Positions 35,273 through 45,900 of a DNA stretch of 64,000 bases are shown in pieces. A model generated the notes under the pieces. The model had not been told where the DNA came from. It did no database searches and worked only from the letters and a program-made list of their open reading frames with translations. This DNA is from an uncultured Nitrospinota bacterium (GTDB taxonomy: Bacteria > Tectomicrobia > Entotheonellia > J063 > CAVPRW01): the NCBI GenBank assembly GCA_963707985.1, contig CAVPRW010000009.1:32001-96000 (forward strand), in the 5' to 3' direction. Positions within the stretch are counted from its first letter, which is position 1. Each line of letters begins with the position of its first letter. The translations under genes were made by a program, and so were the position numbers.

Positions 35273-35860
35273 TCAACAAGGCTGGCCATTGACCAGTGAG
35301 GCACAAACCGGGTTGGCAAAGAGAGAAAGTACCCAGTTGCTGATAGCTTTGCCATCAAACCAGGGAGCCGGATTGTCAAAGGTCACCTCTAGAGCCTCCG
35401 GGGCGTCGAGCCAGACCTGACGCTGTTCGAGCTTGGGACTCAAGCGTAGTTGCAGCACCGTTGTCCCGCGTCGGGTGATATCCATGACCCCGAGGTTGCC
35501 GCGAAATTCATAGTTGCCGGAGACCACGACGTGCCGCTGCGCGCAGTCGATGCTGAGAATTGACAGCGGTGAGAGGCGGGCATTGCCTTCGTCGAGCTGC
35601 GCTGTCGCAGGAAAGCCGCGCATGAGGCGCAAATCGAGGATGTTCTGGAGGTGGGGGGCGCTCTCCCGGAGCAAGATCTGGCAGGGATCTTGTGAGGGTT
35701 CCGCCTCTTGGGGCAGCAGTTTCCCTTCACCGCCCAGAGTGTAGAGCATCGGCACGAGCGACCATAATAACCACCCCACGACGATCCAGGATCGCTGCCC
35801 CAACGGCGCCGGGGTACTGGAGCAACATCGATTATGGTGGACTTCCCAACGCATCGACAA
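35273..35860 (-). CDS. Hypothetical membrane-anchored protein
   Basis: ORF directly after RNase II gene with one hydrophobic segment; start uncertain. Confidence 0.55.
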   Translation of the reverse strand: MSMRWEVHHNRCCSSTPAPLGQRSWIVVGWLLWSLVPMLYTLGGEGKLLPQEAEPSQDPCQILLRESAPHLQNILDLRLMRGFPATAQLDEGNARLSPLSILSIDCAQRHVVVSGNYEFRGNLGVMDITRRGTTVLQLRLSPKLEQRQVWLDAPEALEVTFDNPAPWFDGKAISNWVLSLFANPVCASLVNGQPC

Positions 35861-35874
35861 GGTTTTCCCGCGAC

Positions 35875-37908
35875 TCAGGCAACAGGGGTAACTTTCAGCG
35901 TTCCCGTGCGTGGTTGAACGGTTTCGATGCGCACCTGCACGGGGTCGCCCGGGGCGAGTTCTTTCCCGCCGACGGGGATATCGATCTCCTGCATCATCTC
36001 GGGGAGCAAGACCAGGTAATTACGTGGAAAACGATCCAACACGATGCCGCCGAACACAGCACCTTGGTGTTGGCCGAGATAGCGCAAGAGCCAGTATCGG
36101 CGCCGGTCGTGATCAACCGTCCCGGCCCGGCTCAACGCCGCTTCGACTTCCGTGAGAATGGTTTTGACCCGCTCTTCATCATACAACGGCTCACCGCGTT
36201 CCAGATAGGCATGCAGTTGCCGGTGTGAAAGCAAATCCACATAGCGCCGTAGGGGTGAGGTGAAGGTCGTGTAGATGTCGACGCCCAAGCTGCTATGGCG
36301 GGTCGGCTGCAGTCCGATTCTGGCAGGACTCATGGCTCGTTGCTGGCGATAATGCAAGACCGGATCGTAGGTTAAGGACGTCGGGAAGGTCTCGCGGGGA
36401 GCGGCTTGGCCGCGATACACAATGGGGATTTGACGCTGAGCGCAGAACTGCCCCACCAGCGAGTTGGCCAAAATCATGAACTCGGAGACGAGGATTTGAC
36501 TGGGCGCCTCGCGATCGGTGAGTCGCATGGTAATCTGCTTGTCACGATCGACAAAGAGATCGACCTGGGGGATCGGCAAGGCGATCGCACCGTTGTCGAA
36601 TCTGGACTGGCGCAGACGTTGGGCAATCTCGAACCCCTGTGTGAGTCGTGGCTCATGGCCGATGCGGGCATCGGCGTCCTGGTAGGTCAAGCGTTCGGCG
36701 ACGCGGATGAGACTGGGGACGATCTGGTAATCGACGATCTCTCCCTCAGGTGTCAACGTCACCAACAGGCTCATGGCTGGTCGCACCTCCCCCGCCACGA
36801 GGCTCAGCGCTCCTTCAGACAGGAGCGGTGGGAGCATAGGGATCTTTCCCTCGGGGAAGTACAAAGAGGTGGCGCGGTCGCATGCCTCGCGGTCGAGCAG
36901 CATATCCGGCCGGATCACGCTTGCCGGGTCGGCAATATGTACCCCAAGTAAGACCAAGCCATCCGCAACCTCACAGCTCACCGCATCATCGATATCCTGG
37001 GTCAACTCACTATCGATGCTCATGGTGTGCAGGGCCGTCAAATCCCGGCGCTGATCAACCCCTCTGCCTTCCCTCTCGATGACCTCGTGCGCCGCGTGCG
37101 CCGCCTCCTCTAGGACCTCCGGGCTAAAGCTCGTCGGTACACCTAGACGCAGCAACAGGATATTTTCGTCCTCCTCCCACACACCAAGACGAACCAGCAA
37201 TCTGAACGGTGCATCGGCAGCCGTGACCTCGGCCCGGTTGAGGAGATCACGCGCCAAGCGGTAGCGCGGCGCCTCGGTGTCGTGCAGCGCATATTCCTTC
37301 AGGATCTCGATCCAGGTCCCCTGCGCCGCCAATTCTGCGGGAGCTGGCGTATACCCTTCCCAGATGGCCTTGACGAATGCCGCGGCGGCGGTCAGTTCGC
37401 GTTCGCGCTCAGCTTTGCGAATCTTTTGATGCAGGAGCTGTTCGACTGTCTCCGGAGGGTTGGGAACAAAGGTATCAGCCTTGCGGGAAAAGTGGATGGT
37501 GTCATCCCAGCAAGCGCGATACATGGCCGCGGTATGATCGGGCGTCACTTCCTCGCCAAAGACGAGACCAGCCAGAAAGGCGCAGTCATAGGCTTCCGGC
37601 TCAGCCCAGACGAGCTCCCAGACGTCGGCGAGATCGATCCGCGAACGCAGCTCCTCGCGACGCTTGGCAATGTCCCGCAGCGATTGAATGAGCTGATCTC
37701 GGTCCTTCTGGACATTGAGGGCATGCGGGGCAACGTGGAGAAAACGGCTCTCAGGGAGATTGATCTCACGGTCGCCCTCGGTCAGGATCAAGAAACGCTC
37801 CCCCTTGATCTCTAGACAGACGCCGAGCGTCAGCTTCTTATCGACAAAGAATTCCACGACCGTGCCACGCCACTGGGCCTTCGGATCCGTTTTCGTCGAG
37901 GTCGCCAT
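35875..37908 (-). CDS. rnb: RNase II/RNB-domain exoribonuclease
   Basis: SIDSELTQDIDDA, VHIAD, EFMILAN, H..LG...Y..FTSPLRRY.DL. Confidence 0.88.
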   Translation of the reverse strand: MATSTKTDPKAQWRGTVVEFFVDKKLTLGVCLEIKGERFLILTEGDREINLPESRFLHVAPHALNVQKDRDQLIQSLRDIAKRREELRSRIDLADVWELVWAEPEAYDCAFLAGLVFGEEVTPDHTAAMYRACWDDTIHFSRKADTFVPNPPETVEQLLHQKIRKAERERELTAAAAFVKAIWEGYTPAPAELAAQGTWIEILKEYALHDTEAPRYRLARDLLNRAEVTAADAPFRLLVRLGVWEEDENILLLRLGVPTSFSPEVLEEAAHAAHEVIEREGRGVDQRRDLTALHTMSIDSELTQDIDDAVSCEVADGLVLLGVHIADPASVIRPDMLLDREACDRATSLYFPEGKIPMLPPLLSEGALSLVAGEVRPAMSLLVTLTPEGEIVDYQIVPSLIRVAERLTYQDADARIGHEPRLTQGFEIAQRLRQSRFDNGAIALPIPQVDLFVDRDKQITMRLTDREAPSQILVSEFMILANSLVGQFCAQRQIPIVYRGQAAPRETFPTSLTYDPVLHYRQQRAMSPARIGLQPTRHSSLGVDIYTTFTSPLRRYVDLLSHRQLHAYLERGEPLYDEERVKTILTEVEAALSRAGTVDHDRRRYWLLRYLGQHQGAVFGGIVLDRFPRNYLVLLPEMMQEIDIPVGGKELAPGDPVQVRIETVQPRTGTLKVTPVA

Positions 37909-38117
37909 GGAGTCCTCAAGATAGGTAGTCTCACCGCGGTGTGTTGCGCTGCTTCCTTGCGTCATCCCGCCACGTCCCCAGGGGGAATGTCGCCGCTGCA
38001 GCACAGCCACGATAATGAATCTTCAAATGCGTGTCAACTGTTGACGCGACCCCTTTCGCTGGCTACATTGGAGAAAGTTGTAGGAATGCTCCCCTCTAGG
38101 ATAGATGAGAATATACC

Positions 38118-38867
38118 ATGGACATGCGCTTACAAAAAGTGCTCGCACAAGCTGGTCTGGCGTCTCGTCGAGAGGCGGAACATTGGATTCAGGCAGGGCG
38201 CATCTCGGTCAACGGCAAAGTAGTCACCACGCTCGGCACCCAGGCGGACCCGGTGGTCGACCGCATTGCCGTCGACGGTAAGGTGATCAATCGTCTGGAG
38301 CCCAAGGTATACTATCTGTTGAACAAGCCCACTGGCTATGTCAGTACCTGCGAGGATGAGCTCGGCCGTCCAACGGTCCTCGATCTCCTCAAGCTGGTCA
38401 AATTTCGTCTCTTTCCCGTCGGCCGCTTGGATTGGGACAGCGAAGGCCTGCTGTTGCTGACCAACGACGGCGAGCTGGCGCAACGGTTGTTGCATCCGCG
38501 CTTTCACATCCGGCGCACCTACCTGGCCAAGGTTGAAGGGATTCCGACAGTGCAGGCCTTGCAGCGCTTGACCACAGCCGGCGACCCAGCGGCCCCCCCG
38601 AAGCGTCGGCCAACAGCGCGGATTATCAAGGTCGGAGAACGCCATGCCTGGTTAGAGATACGTCTCTGGGAAGGCAAGAATCGCCAGGTCCGACGGATGT
38701 GCGAAGCCGTGGGGCATCCGGTCAGACGTTTGCGTCGGGTGCAGTTTGCCGGGCTTGACACCATGGGATTATCATCCGGCCAGTATCGTCCCCTATCTCT
38801 GACAGAAGTGCGCACTCTCAAGCAGTTGGCCGGATTTGAGCAACCGTCGACGCGCGTCCACTCGTGA
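38118..38867 (+). CDS. rluB: rRNA pseudouridine synthase (RsuA/RluB family) with S4 domain
   Basis: MRLQKVLAQAGLASRR, NKP.G, VGRLD.DSEGLLLLTNDG, EGKNRQVRRM. Confidence 0.88.
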   Translation: MDMRLQKVLAQAGLASRREAEHWIQAGRISVNGKVVTTLGTQADPVVDRIAVDGKVINRLEPKVYYLLNKPTGYVSTCEDELGRPTVLDLLKLVKFRLFPVGRLDWDSEGLLLLTNDGELAQRLLHPRFHIRRTYLAKVEGIPTVQALQRLTTAGDPAAPPKRRPTARIIKVGERHAWLEIRLWEGKNRQVRRMCEAVGHPVRRLRRVQFAGLDTMGLSSGQYRPLSLTEVRTLKQLAGFEQPSTRVHS

Positions 38868-38941
38868 CGCCGCGCACCAGCCCGACCACCAGCCGCCGTG
38901 GCTGAGCTCTCTGAGGTGAACGTTTGTCGTGGGCTTTGTCT

Positions 38942-38971
38942 TTGACATCTCAGGAAAAATTCTGCTAGAAT
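38942..38971 (+). promoter_or_regulatory. Sigma70-type promoter
   Basis: TTGACA, 18-bp spacer, TAGAAT preceded by an extended -10 TG. Confidence 0.7.
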
Positions 38972-38987
38972 AGCATCGCTCTAGTAT

Positions 38988-39158
38988 GGAACGTGACGCC
39001 CGTACTCCCCTTGGCGTCTTCTCGCCCCCACACGACTGTTGGTTCCGTTCCACCAGGCCGGGACGCGACGGGACAAAGCGTTCGGGTTTGCGCGTGGGAG
39101 AGGCGTCCTGCATCGTGGGTGGGCGCTACAGACTGCAACCACAGACGCTGACATTTCC
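38988..39158 (+). ncRNA. Putative rod-like structured RNA or 5' leader
   Basis: Nested stems 38993-39001/39121-39129, 39013-39023/39096-39107, 39042-39049/39067-39074 with G-U pairs on + strand; follows promoter. Confidence 0.35.
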
Positions 39159-39178
39159 GAACGTAGAATAGGACCTCG

Positions 39179-39763
39179 ATGACGCTGGCCAATCAACTGA
39201 CGGTCCTTCGCATTCTGCTCATCCCGGTATTTGTCCTGTTGCTGGTCTATGATGCGCGCATCGCTGCGCTCATCGTGTTTTTGCTCACCGGCCTCAGCGA
39301 CGTTCTGGACGGATACATTGCCCGCACCTGGCGGCAGCAAACCACCCTGGGCGCTTTCCTGGACCCAATCGCCGATAAGCTGCTGATGGTGACCACTTTT
39401 GCCACACTGGCCCTGCTGCAGGCCTTACCCCTGTTCTTGAGCATCCTGCTTATCGGCCGTGATGTCCTCCTCAGCCTGATGATCGGTATTGTCCTGTGGA
39501 CCACTGGACGGCGATTATCGGAGCCGTCGCTGTTGGGCAGGGCGGCGATCTTTGGCCAGACATGGACCGTCGCCCTCGGACTTTTCTTCTATGTGTTCGA
39601 AGATTGGCCGGTCATTACCACCCTGCGCCCCTTTATTCTACTGCCGATCTTCGTCGCCACCGCCCTGTTAGCCATCGCTGCTGGCGTCCATTATATCTAC
39701 CAGCTCGTGCGTATGCTGTACCAGGTCGAAGCGCCGCTCGGCAAACGCATGCCCGTCCAATAA
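39179..39763 (+). CDS. pgsA: CDP-alcohol phosphatidyltransferase (PgsA-like)
   Basis: ANQLTVLRI, SDVLDGYIAR...QTTLGAFLDPIADK. Confidence 0.85.
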   Translation: MTLANQLTVLRILLIPVFVLLLVYDARIAALIVFLLTGLSDVLDGYIARTWRQQTTLGAFLDPIADKLLMVTTFATLALLQALPLFLSILLIGRDVLLSLMIGIVLWTTGRRLSEPSLLGRAAIFGQTWTVALGLFFYVFEDWPVITTLRPFILLPIFVATALLAIAAGVHYIYQLVRMLYQVEAPLGKRMPVQ

Positions 39764-39775
39764 GCCCTACTCGCC

Positions 39776-40852
39776 GTGGAGACTGCGTCGGTGAACGCCT
39801 GGATACAGGCCCCATGGGTGAAAGCCCTCGTCCTGGTCGTGAGTCTGATGCTTGTCATCGTCGTCATCTACAGCCTGCGAGCGGTGCTCACCCCATTCTT
39901 TGTGGCGCTTGCCTTTGCCTACCTTCTCGACCCCATTGTGGAGGGCCTGGAACGGCTGCGCATACCACGAGGCGCCGCCTCCATCCTGGTGCTGATGACC
40001 GCCGTGGGGCTCGTGACCACATTGCTGTTGGTGCTCTACCCGGTGGTCAGATTGCAGGTGGAAATGCTCGCCGCTGAAGTTCCCCAGTATCTGGTGACCC
40101 TGCGGGAATGGCTGACCCCGTGGATCAATCGCCTGTCACAAATGGAGCCAGGTCGAATCCGTGGGCTGTTGGATGAGGTCTTACAGGGCTCCGAGGGCAT
40201 GCCCCTACGCATCCTGCAGACCCTGTCCTCGGTGGTGGTGGGGACGTTAGCCAGTCTGGGGGGCATCCTCACACTGGCACTGAATCTGATCGTCATCCCG
40301 GTTGCAACGTTCTATTTCCTACGGGATTTCAGCCGCATGCGCGCGGCGTTCCCGACCTTCTTGCCGATTAGCTACCGCCAGTGGTTGATGGAGAAATTGG
40401 CCGAAATCGACGACTTATTGTCCGGCTTTGTACGCGGTCAACTGCTGGTTGCGGTGATCCTGATGGGTCTGTATAGCATTGGGCTCTCTCTTGCCGGCAC
40501 TCCGTCAGGGGTGCTGTTTGGTATGTTGACCGGGGCGGCGAACATCATCCCATTCATGGGATTGGTCGTGGGGTTCATCCCGACGCTGATCCTTACGTTC
40601 CTGCGGCACCATGATTGGCAGCATCCGGTGGGCGTGGTGGCGGTGTTCGCGGTGGTGCAGATGATCGAGAGCAATGTCGTCTCCCCGAAAATCGTCGGCG
40701 AGCGCCTGGGCCTGCACCCGGTGGTGGTGATTTTGGCAGTGCTGGTGGGTGGGCAGCTCTGCGGTTTTCTCGGCATTCTCCTGGCCGTGCCGACGACGGC
40801 GGTCATCAAGGTCTTTTGGCGCGATGTGCTGGCCTTCTACCGAGAGATCTGA
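39776..40852 (+). CDS. AI-2E family transporter
   Basis: PFFVALAFAYLLDP, GFVRGQL, IPFMG, PKIVG..LGLHP, GILLAVP. Confidence 0.9.
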   Translation: METASVNAWIQAPWVKALVLVVSLMLVIVVIYSLRAVLTPFFVALAFAYLLDPIVEGLERLRIPRGAASILVLMTAVGLVTTLLLVLYPVVRLQVEMLAAEVPQYLVTLREWLTPWINRLSQMEPGRIRGLLDEVLQGSEGMPLRILQTLSSVVVGTLASLGGILTLALNLIVIPVATFYFLRDFSRMRAAFPTFLPISYRQWLMEKLAEIDDLLSGFVRGQLLVAVILMGLYSIGLSLAGTPSGVLFGMLTGAANIIPFMGLVVGFIPTLILTFLRHHDWQHPVGVVAVFAVVQMIESNVVSPKIVGERLGLHPVVVILAVLVGGQLCGFLGILLAVPTTAVIKVFWRDVLAFYREI

Positions 40853-40860
40853 CGGGATCG

Positions 40861-41721
40861 TCATCCCTGGAGGGGTAACATCGGTTGCAAGGCATCGCTC
40901 AGTCGGGCAAACTCATCGAGGCTGAGTGTTTCTCCACGGCGGCTGGGTACAATGCCGCTGTGCTCGATGGTTTGGCGCAGGATGGCGGGCTCGATCAGCG
41001 GCAACGCGTGGCGCAGCGCGTTGGTGAGCGTCTTCCGGCGCTGGGCGAACGCCGCATGAATGATGCGGAACAGACAAGCCTCATCCTGGACCGCCACGGA
41101 AGGGGTCGGGCGGGGGATGATGCGGACCACCGTGGACATCACCTTTGGTGGCGGAGAAAAAGCCGATGGCGGTACATGGAAGCCTTTATCGACAGACGCA
41201 TACCATTGCGTCATGAGTGTCAGGCTGCCATATGCCTTGGTGCCTGGACTAGCATAAAGCCGTTCGGCCACCTCTCGCTGCAGCATGATCACGGCACAGC
41301 GCAGGCGGGAGCGCTGGCTGAGCAGTCGCGTCAGAATAGCCACCGCCGTGCCATAGGGGAGATTGGCGACGACCTTGATGGGGATGGGTAGCTGATCGAA
41401 GTCGAAGGTGAGCGCATCCGCGTGCACGATTTCCACCTGAGGCCTATCGGCAAAACGCTGTTGCAGGGGAGCAATGAGATCGCGATCTAACTCCAGGGCC
41501 AAGAGTCGTCCGACTCTGCTCGCTACAGCCTCAGTCAGTGTGCCTGTTCCGGCGCCGATCTCCACCACTACATCGTCTGGAGTGAGCTCAGCCAGGCGCA
41601 GGATGCCGCTGAGGATGGTCGGACTGACGAGAAAATGTTGTCCGAAGCGCTTTTTCGGATGGGGAGCGAACTTGTGGACCACTTCATGAGCGGACATCAT
41701 GGCGCGATGCAATAGCTTCAT
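40861..41721 (-). CDS. rsmA: 16S rRNA adenine dimethyltransferase
   Basis: PKKRFGQHFL, EIGAGTGTLT, VANLPY, MLQREVA, F.P.PKV.S, FAQRRKTL. Confidence 0.95.
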   Translation of the reverse strand: MKLLHRAMMSAHEVVHKFAPHPKKRFGQHFLVSPTILSGILRLAELTPDDVVVEIGAGTGTLTEAVASRVGRLLALELDRDLIAPLQQRFADRPQVEIVHADALTFDFDQLPIPIKVVANLPYGTAVAILTRLLSQRSRLRCAVIMLQREVAERLYASPGTKAYGSLTLMTQWYASVDKGFHVPPSAFSPPPKVMSTVVRIIPRPTPSVAVQDEACLFRIIHAAFAQRRKTLTNALRHALPLIEPAILRQTIEHSGIVPSRRGETLSLDEFARLSDALQPMLPLQG

Positions 41722-41920
41722 TTCCTCGGTTTATGAGACGAGGTGGCCTGCAGCTTCCACGACGCCTGCACCCACGACTGCTCGACTTTAAAGCCGAACC
41801 CCATAAAATCAGGGTAGTATACCGTTTCCTGCCGGTCCGCTGCAAGCGCTGGCCCGGCGTTCGTGATGCCAGGAGCGCTGACTGTCCTTGTAGGTGAAGC
41901 CTAGCCGTCTTGGCAAGCGT

Positions 41921-42529
41921 TCACGACCAGAGTCGTTGGACATTGAGCGTAAACCCAGGGAGTAGCGGTTCTCCTGAAATTGTCAAAGGATTTTCTAAGC
42001 AATCCACCTCGGTATGCGGACGGTAGACGTAGACCTTTTTCTCTTGTGGATCAATGAGCCAGCCGAGCTGTGCCCCATTCACCACATATTCCTGCATTTT
42101 TGTCTGCAAGGTGGCTAAGTCATCCGAGCGCGAGCGGAGCTCAACCACAAAATCCGGACACAGGGGCGGGAACTCTTCTTGCTCTTCCACGGACAACGCC
42201 TCCCAACGAGACCGTTTGACCCAGGCGACATCTGGGGAGCGTTTGGCGCCATTGGGCAGCGTGAATCCCGTTGACGAATCAAAACCAAGCCCGGTCCCAT
42301 CCGCTTCCACCCACTGACTGAACAGCCCAATGAGGGTGAAATTGCGTGTTCCCGTCCGCCCGCCAGTTGGGGGCATCACGACTAGATCTCCTTCCCTGGT
42401 ACGCTCCAAACGCCACTCCGGGTTTGACTGGCAAAACGCGAAGAACTCATGGTCGCTCATCTTCCGCAGGATGGGGCCAAAATGCAGAATCAGTGGCTGG
42501 GATTCGGTGACAATGGCCGCTGGGCTCAT
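41921..42529 (-). CDS. Uma2 (DUF820) family endonuclease-fold protein
   Basis: FDSSTGFTLPNGAKRSPD, PDFVVELRS.SD, KMQEY..NGAQLGWLIDP. Confidence 0.92.
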   Translation of the reverse strand: MSPAAIVTESQPLILHFGPILRKMSDHEFFAFCQSNPEWRLERTREGDLVVMPPTGGRTGTRNFTLIGLFSQWVEADGTGLGFDSSTGFTLPNGAKRSPDVAWVKRSRWEALSVEEQEEFPPLCPDFVVELRSRSDDLATLQTKMQEYVVNGAQLGWLIDPQEKKVYVYRPHTEVDCLENPLTISGEPLLPGFTLNVQRLWS

Positions 42530-43210
42530 GCACTCACCCCCTTTCGGGTACGGACACGCCGTAGGATTAAGGCATATCAGGGCGACGCACATCTATAAGG
42601 ATATACTGCCGCCTTCTGTCTTGTCTATGATGCCTGCTCTCAAAGCTCGTCTGGGAAATAGTGCGGCGTGCGCCGAATCCCACCAGCGTTTCAGTTCTGG
42701 CCAATGGGCCAGGCATCGGCCGTGATCGAGAAGCACACATAGTTTCATGTGGCATGGTTGGCGGGGATTTGCCGCCATCGGCGCTCAGGGATGACCCACG
42801 AGCGTAACTTGTTCGCATCCAGTTCAACCATGACGCCCAGGCCATTGTCGGGGACCATCGCAGACACCTGTCTTGCCCAGAGCGGTGTCTTAGGGAGGTC
42901 AGGTGCGACAAACCTGCCTGGCCCGATAAGCAATCCACACCGATCGCTTGCGGATGACGGCATACTCATGTACCGCTGTTGGGACGAATCGATTTACCGC
43001 GCGGTGGACGTCGCCCATCGAGTCAGCTGGGGTGACCCCATGCATCATGGCTCTGTCAGAACTGATACCTATAGCACAAAAACCTCGAAAGTTTGCCCGA
43101 GAAGCGTGATAGGACTGTATGTCCTCGCAATCGTCACGACCCCATCCTCGGATGGCTTAGTCATAACTACCATTGCCCGTATGCATTACGCTGGAGTAGT
43201 AGAGACCGCC

Positions 43211-43430
43211 GCGAAAGGGCCGGGTCGTGACCAAGGCCCTGCGGGTGCTGGTGAGGTCGGCGACGCGGTGGATGTGCGTCGTCTTAATGGCCTCGGCAAG
43301 GGTCCTCGCCGGCAGCATGGTGGTGAGCCACCACGCTAGCCTCTACTGGCCCGCCCCAAGTGGACCCAGGAGGAGGACATTATGGTCAGAACGCCTGCTG
43401 GAGGTTCCGTTTCGCCTCCATACCTCTAAG
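43211..43430 (-). repeat. comM/YifB-derived repeat, copy 1 (5' half, degenerate)
   Basis: Reads [49 protein letters not shown] behind the shared flank gcaggcgttctgacc. Confidence 0.85.
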
Positions 43431-43747
43431 CGGTGGCCATTCTTCCACGAGGCCCTCCGCCCATCTTTCCTAAGACTTGCTGATCCGACCGTTGGTACCT
43501 TAAGTCCATCTCGTCATGTGTCCCGCTCGGGGAGCTGATTCAGATAGAACAAACTTTAGATATTTATGTCCGGGTCAGTAAAAGCCGAAACCCAGCAATC
43601 CAATAGTCTGGCTTTTCCGATACATGATTTCAGCAAGTATGCATGCGGACTTCCGGATGATATCTCATGAAAGTGCTCCACATTTATGGGGTTATGAACA
43701 CACACCCAGCATTGTAGGGGAGGCAGGGCGTGTCCGCCGACGTCGCG

Positions 43748-43930
43748 TTACGCCAGCTGTTCCAGCAACTCTTTGGCCTCCTGGAGGTCGGTCGTGTCAA
43801 AGCCCTCGGTGAACCAGCTATAGACCGGCGCCAGCAGCTCACAGGCAGCGGTGCGCTGGCCCTGGCGCTGCCACAGCCGCGCTTGGCGTTTGCGGCTCTC
43901 TTCGCCGTTGATTTGACGCTGCGTCAGCAG
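43748..43930 (-). pseudogene. Extreme C-terminal fragment of a cyclase-AAA-TPR protein
   Basis: [33 protein letters not shown], nearly identical to the end of 57456-58325. Confidence 0.82.
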
Positions 43931-44123
43931 GCGCGCCGGGAGGCGGTAGCGCTGCGCTTTGCGCCACCAGCCGGCCCGGGGTAGGGCAAAGCGCCACAGA
44001 ATGATCTCATCCTCAGAGTGCAACATGATCTCGCCCTGGCGGGCTCGATACTGTGCTATGATACCGTCTAATATTGACATCTCCAATCGTTCTGTTTTGA
44101 GACCTGCGCACCGGAGAAACATC

Positions 44124-44969
44124 ATGTTCGACATACTGGTTACCGACCTCAACAAACTGTGCGATGAACTGCCGTTTCACACCGGCTGGTACCTGAAAGC
44201 CCTGCGCACCGGCGAGACAGCGCACCGTCATGGCCACGTGGTTGTCCCTTCAGCCAGTACCCGCAAAATCGCCATTATGATGACCGCGCTGAAGGCCGTA
44301 CACGAGGGCAAACTGGCCCTGGATCAGCCGGTGACCATCCAGGCCAAGTATCAGCACAACGACTCTGGCTGTTTCCAGTATCTGCAGCCAGGTTTTACCC
44401 TCCAATTGCGTGACGTGCTGGTGATGATGATCATCGTCAGCGATAACACCTGCACCGGGACCGTGGTCGACATGGTAGGGCTTGACGCGATTAATGCCCT
44501 CTCCCAATCCGTGGGGATGCAGGGCACGACGCACCGTTACGGCATCCCGCCGGCGGGGATGGCCGGGTACAGCCCAGCCCCTGAGACCAACGCGACCACC
44601 CCGGCTGACGTCGGGCTCCTGCTGGAGCGCATCCTCCAGGGCTCACAAGACCCCGCGGTCGCAGCGCAGCTCGGCAGTACGCCAGCGCTGTGCCAGTTGG
44701 CACTGGACATCCTGAGCTGGCAGCGCCTGCGGAACCGCTTGCCGGCGCGGTTGCCCCTCGGCACCAAAGTGGCGCATAAGACGGGGACCACCGCACGCAA
44801 TTACCACGATGCCGGGATTATTTACCAGGGGGATCAGCCGCTTTTTATCCTGAGCGCGTATACCGACGAGGTGCCGCTGGACTTGCCTGACGGCACCCCG
44901 GGGCACACGGCCGCCCACAACCTCATCGCCCAGATGAGCCGGCTCTGTTACGACGCCTTGCGCGTCTAA
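44124..44969 (+). CDS. Class A beta-lactamase-like serine hydrolase (no signal peptide)
   Basis: STRK (SxxK), SDN, HKTG motifs; GGAG RBS. Confidence 0.85.
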   Translation: MFDILVTDLNKLCDELPFHTGWYLKALRTGETAHRHGHVVVPSASTRKIAIMMTALKAVHEGKLALDQPVTIQAKYQHNDSGCFQYLQPGFTLQLRDVLVMMIIVSDNTCTGTVVDMVGLDAINALSQSVGMQGTTHRYGIPPAGMAGYSPAPETNATTPADVGLLLERILQGSQDPAVAAQLGSTPALCQLALDILSWQRLRNRLPARLPLGTKVAHKTGTTARNYHDAGIIYQGDQPLFILSAYTDEVPLDLPDGTPGHTAAHNLIAQMSRLCYDALRV

Positions 44970-45049
44970 GTACTGCACACCGTAGTTGCCACGCCAGTGT
45001 TGGTGGGCGTGAGGCCACCTCGCCGCTCGCGTACGACCCATGGAAGTCG

Positions 45050-45900
45050 CCTCAAAATGTACAGCGGCCGCCGACTGCGGATGGCGTGACCACTGACTCG
45101 CCGAATGTGTTCAATAGGGCACACAGGGCACGCCATGTCACACTCAACAAGCAGCACCGGACGATGCACCTTCTAATAAACACGTCGTTGTCGCCAAAAC
45201 CACCCATCCAGGCGAACCAGGTCTCTGACCGGTGCTGCGTGATCTCCTCCAGCCACACCTGGTCATGGCCTGACCGCAGATGGCTGGTATACGTCTGGAT
45301 TCAGGTCAGCCAGAGGGAGCGCTGGCCTGGGGGCAAGGCATCGGCGCGGATGCCCTCATACGGGATGACGACGTTGTCCTTGAACGACACAGACGGCTGG
45401 CATCCATCTGGAGGGGTATCGCGCTCCGGTGGCAGGTCGGTGGCGATCATGGACTGAAAGATAATCGCCTGCTTCTGCTGGGGCAGGGAGAGGGTGCGAA
45501 TGAGCTCCAGGCCGTTGCGCGGCTCCGCGTCGCATTCACGCAGTCCGGCGTAGGGGCCGCGGTCGGTGATGGCCGCCTCCGCACCCCAGAATGCCGGCGT
45601 CATCACGACGTGGTCCTTGAGGAAAAAGTCGTTCAGGTGAAGGTGGTGGCCATCCATCTGCCAGCCCCATGGCTCGTCCATGGAGGGCGTGCCTAAGATG
45701 CAGAGAACGTCAAACTATTCCCCAAAACAACTCTCAGTTGCCGGTGATTTCCCCCAGCACTTCGTTGAGTTTCATGACGTGGCGCGCCGTCTCGAAGCAC
45801 CGCACGCACAGGCTCACCCTGAGCAGCTCTCGTGCCGCATCTCGCTGGGATGGGCTCATCTGGTCGAGCGACACGCCGTGGCGCAGCGGATGCCGAACAA
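45050..45900 (-). pseudogene. DUF3500-domain protein, fragmented
   Basis: GVSLDQMS..QR.AA..LL..SL, PWGWQMDGHHL.LN, TPAFWGAE, ETWFAWMG across frames. Confidence 0.75.

Noticed and set aside
41921..42529. Uma2 protein as a defence nuclease system
   Set aside because: Solitary member of a commonly expanded family; no partner genes
42570..43200. Possible decayed gene and an IS-end-like GGCTCTGTCAGAA
   Set aside because: Could not assign a family or find a partner repeat
44124..44969. True class A beta-lactamase
   Set aside because: No signal peptide and no recognisable Glu166 omega-loop motif
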